Assembly: GCA_043228905.1 (NCBI GenBank)
Contig: JBHGNT010000003.1
Coordinates: forward strand, 21,390,001-21,454,000
Direction: 5' to 3'
From: Azolla caroliniana
Taxonomy: Eukaryota > Plantae > Polypodiophyta
Length of the DNA stretch: 64,000 bases
How positions within the stretch are numbered: position 1 is the stretch's first letter; the number at the start of each line of letters is the position of its first letter. A model generated the notes under the pieces. The model was not told the origin of the DNA and searched no databases. It saw only the letters and a program-made list of their open reading frames with translations. Of the stretch, positions 61,069 through 64,000 are shown piece by piece. The translations under genes and the position numbers were made by a program.

Positions 61069-61665
61069 ACTCGCATCTAAATGATGTTCTTGTAACATAA
61101 TCAAATCACAACTTCCAACTTGGAATTTATGAAGTTCCCTACATATTCTAGCCTTGAATCTTCTACATAATGCATCTCCTAATACGTGCACATTCCATGA
61201 AAGCATCGAAAAATTATCCATATGTTAATAGTAATTGTTTTTTAACCTTTCTTTTACTCTCCCCCGAAGATTTCTTCAGCATACATGCTTGTGTCGAAAT
61301 TCTCAAGCCTTTAGAAACCATCTTATTAGAAGATTTTTTTACGATTGACTTATGTATGCTCAATCGAGTATGTTCTTCGTCATGATTTACACATGTATTA
61401 CCACCAATGCCAACCATGCTCTTAGCTCTTGATCTCATCATACAACCTTTAAATTTTGAATGCATCCTAACATTTGATTGTATGTCTATCGCTTTTGGCA
61501 CCAAACAATGAGACTCCTCTTTAGTTTCTACGTTAGTGATCATGAGACTTTGCTTCACTACTTTATTGTTATCCTCACGCAACGGATCATCATGGCATAC
61601 AAGAGGGATTAATTGTAAATCCCCATCAATAACATCTTTGAAAAAATTAATAGAAGGTTGACCAT

Positions 61666-62058
61666 TGTAGAAACAAATAGTGTGCGGAAGCAATAGAAAA
61701 CAGAAACCAGAGAACAGGTTTGATGGAGAGCTTAACAGTACGCGGGAGAGACAAAGAGAGAGCACACAGAAACTCAATTCAAAAAATACTACTCAGTCTG
61801 TACATCGTATGTGTTCAATGAATAGTTTTATACAAGTCCATCCGGACTGACAGAAGTACGGTGTACTTCAATGCTCACATGAGCGTCTAACACTAACTAC
61901 GAGATATTAACTCCCTAGTAGACTAGCTGCTACTTGACTTCTGGTTACTGCTTGATCCAGCTAACCGACTCACTTGCTCACCGGCTCACCCTTCTGGATG
62001 CCGATATGGCTCAGGCTTATTCAGCCGATCTGGATCTGGTTGAGCTTGCTGCTCAACA
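61666..62058 (-). repeat. copia E 3' LTR (393 bp)
   Basis: TGTAG...CAACA next to CTCCCCCTCAA. Confidence 0.88.
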
Positions 62059-62163
62059 CTCCCCCTCAAGCTCAACTTGGGGTTGGATCGTAATGTCAGT
62101 CTCCATGGCAGCCGGTCCTTCCACCTGGCTCTTTCTGGCATCACTCCACCTTGCTCGCGCTCC

Positions 62164-64000
62164 TCATCCGATCCGGTCCCGTTTGCTGCGACCCGTCTGT
62201 TCCTGCGGACCTCGACTTCCTTGGTCGGCTTGTCTGCTCAACAAGCCCAATTCAGCTCCCTCATTGTTGTGACTTTGGCTTTTGCCGATTCGCCAATTCT
62301 TTCGCGTTGGCGTCGACTTTTGCTGCCTTCTTGTCCTCCTGGCCTTGAATTGATCCGGTTCTTCTGAATCCTTCTGTAGAACCGAATCGACTGTCTCCGA
62401 TTTGTTCCCGCTCTTGTCCGAATCGGTTGATCCCAATTCGTCTTCTGGTTCGAAGCCCTTCACCACATCGGACCATGTCCGGGTCTTGGCCTTCTTCTTC
62501 CGGTCGACTTTGTCCTTCTTGACTCTGCCTCCGCCACCGCTTGTTCCGACTTGTTCGTATGTGTCAACTTCCTTTGTCGACTCGGCTCCTTTCTTCTTCC
62601 CGTCTCTCCCCTTGTCGGTTCTTCCCTCACCGGCGCAATCGGCAGTCTCTTTGCCTTTGCTTGTTTCGGTGGTGTCTTTGCCCATTCTCCCCCTCAAATG
62701 TGGCACGTCGAGATGCTGAACACCAAGCATTTCAGTGAAGTGCTGCAACTTGTCCGATCCGAGTGGTTTGGTGAAGATGTCGGCAACTTGCCGATCTGTA
62801 TGAACATACTGAAGTTCGACTTCACCGCTCAGGACACGCTCATGCACGAAGTGGTATTGCACTTCGATCTGCTTTGTGCGAGCATGGAATACAGGGTTCT
62901 TGGCGAGTTGCATGCTGCTTATGTTGTTGCAGTAGATCAGGATCGGGGTTGGCACCTCGATCCGCAGGTCTTGCAGCAGTCGCCGAAGCCAAATGGCTTC
63001 ACAAGTGGCAACAGTAGCGCCCCGGTATTCAGCCTCAGTGCTCGACAGAGCCACTGTTGGCTGCTTTTTGTTGCTCCACGCAACAGCCGCTCTACCAAGG
63101 GAAAACATATAGCCGGAAGTGGAATGGCAATCTGATGCATCGCCAGCCCAGTCGGCATCCGTGTAGCCGACTAGCTCTTCGGGCATACCTCGCCGGTATA
63201 ACAGTCCCCGATCCTTCGTGCCGCTCATATACCCCAATATTCAGTGCGCGCACTGAAGATGCTCGGCGGTCGGCTTCTGCATGAATTGACTAATCACACC
63301 GACCGAATAGCTGATGTCGAGTCGGGTGATGGTCAAATATATAAGGCTTCCGACAATTTGTCGGAACCATTGCTCATCGCAGGCCGGTCCGGAGTTGGGA
63401 CAGAGCTTCTGTTTCCGGTCGAAGGGTGTAGAAATAGGGCGGCATTCCGTCATGCCGAACTTGTACAACATATTCAACACATAGTGTCTTTGTGAGAGCA
63501 ATATGTCGTCGAGGGTTTGGATCACCTCAATCCCAAGAAAATAGTGAAGGTCCCCCAGGTCCTTCATCTCAAATGCGTCCGACAACTGGGACTTGACTCG
63601 GCTGATTTCATCGAGTCCGGGTCCGGTGATGACATGATCATCAACATACAACAAGATGCAAACCGGACTGTCCGGACCTTGCCGGATGAACAACGAAGAG
63701 TCGGACTTGGAGACCGCAAACCCCAACTTACGCAACCGGTGCGTAATCTTTGCATTCCAAGCTCGGGGGGCTTGCTTCAGGCCATAAAGTGACTTCTTCA
63801 GCCAGCATACAGCCGACTTGTTCATCTCCGACTGAAAATCGGGAGATTGGGTCATAAAGACCTCTTCTTCTAGATCGCCTTGAAGAAATGCATTCTTCAC
63901 GTCCATCTGGTGAAGATGCCACTCCCTTGCCGCAGCGACCGCCAACACCACACGAACCGTCGTCATCTTCGCTACCGGAGCGAAGGTCTCGTCATAGTCG
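62164..64000 (-). pseudogene. copia E RT-RNase H with a charged C-terminal extension
   Basis: ORFs 63241-63966 and 62164-63237 are separated by one stop codon. Confidence 0.9.

Larger units (their letters stand above)
46911..61665 (-). mobile_element. L1/Tx1-type LINE, degenerate, interrupted by G2 and with its 5' part cut by copia E
   Basis: APE endonuclease (MLSWNV...MLQEHH at about 61074-61206, NIYAPN, GGDFN, SRLDRIY), RT (LDFEKAYDRV, VRQGCPLAP, FVDD, YLG), C-terminal CSFC...H zinc finger and an (AAT)n tail at 46911-46933. Confidence 0.88.
61666..64000 (-). mobile_element. Ty1/copia element E, 3' part (RT, RH, extension, PPT, 3' LTR)
   Basis: MDVKNAFLQG, LYVDD, YTDADWAG, ALSSTEAEY, ADIFTK. 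PPT complement at 62059-62069, LTR at 61666-62058. Confidence 0.93.

Overview
Land-plant genomic DNA, probably a non-seed plant such as a fern or lycophyte (inferred from the retroelement types). About 80% of the window is nested retrotransposons. Positions 1-24.9 kb hold a non-chromovirus Ty3/gypsy element (G1). Its 5' LTR is interrupted by a copia element, and its pol carries a copia element (A), a solo LTR and a young copia element (B) that itself contains an inverted, internally deleted relative (C). Next come a hierarchical tandem repeat, a chromovirus remnant split by another copia element (D), and a LINE fragment. An AT-rich island (about 34.3-44.3 kb) carries the only host gene seen, an intronless ALOG/DUF640 (LSH/G1-like) transcription factor. 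Positions 46.9-64 kb are an L1/Tx1-type LINE interrupted by a second non-chromovirus gypsy element (G2, TSD ACTCG) and by a copia element (E). The most striking observation is that G1 and G2 both lack a polypurine tract. Directly before the 3' LTR each has a conserved, co-varying structure resembling a tRNA-Arg 3' half and ending in CCA-GG, which is complementary to its own 5' primer-binding site. Both also share a large (about 1000 aa) uncharacterised accessory ORF. All boundaries and comparisons were read by eye.
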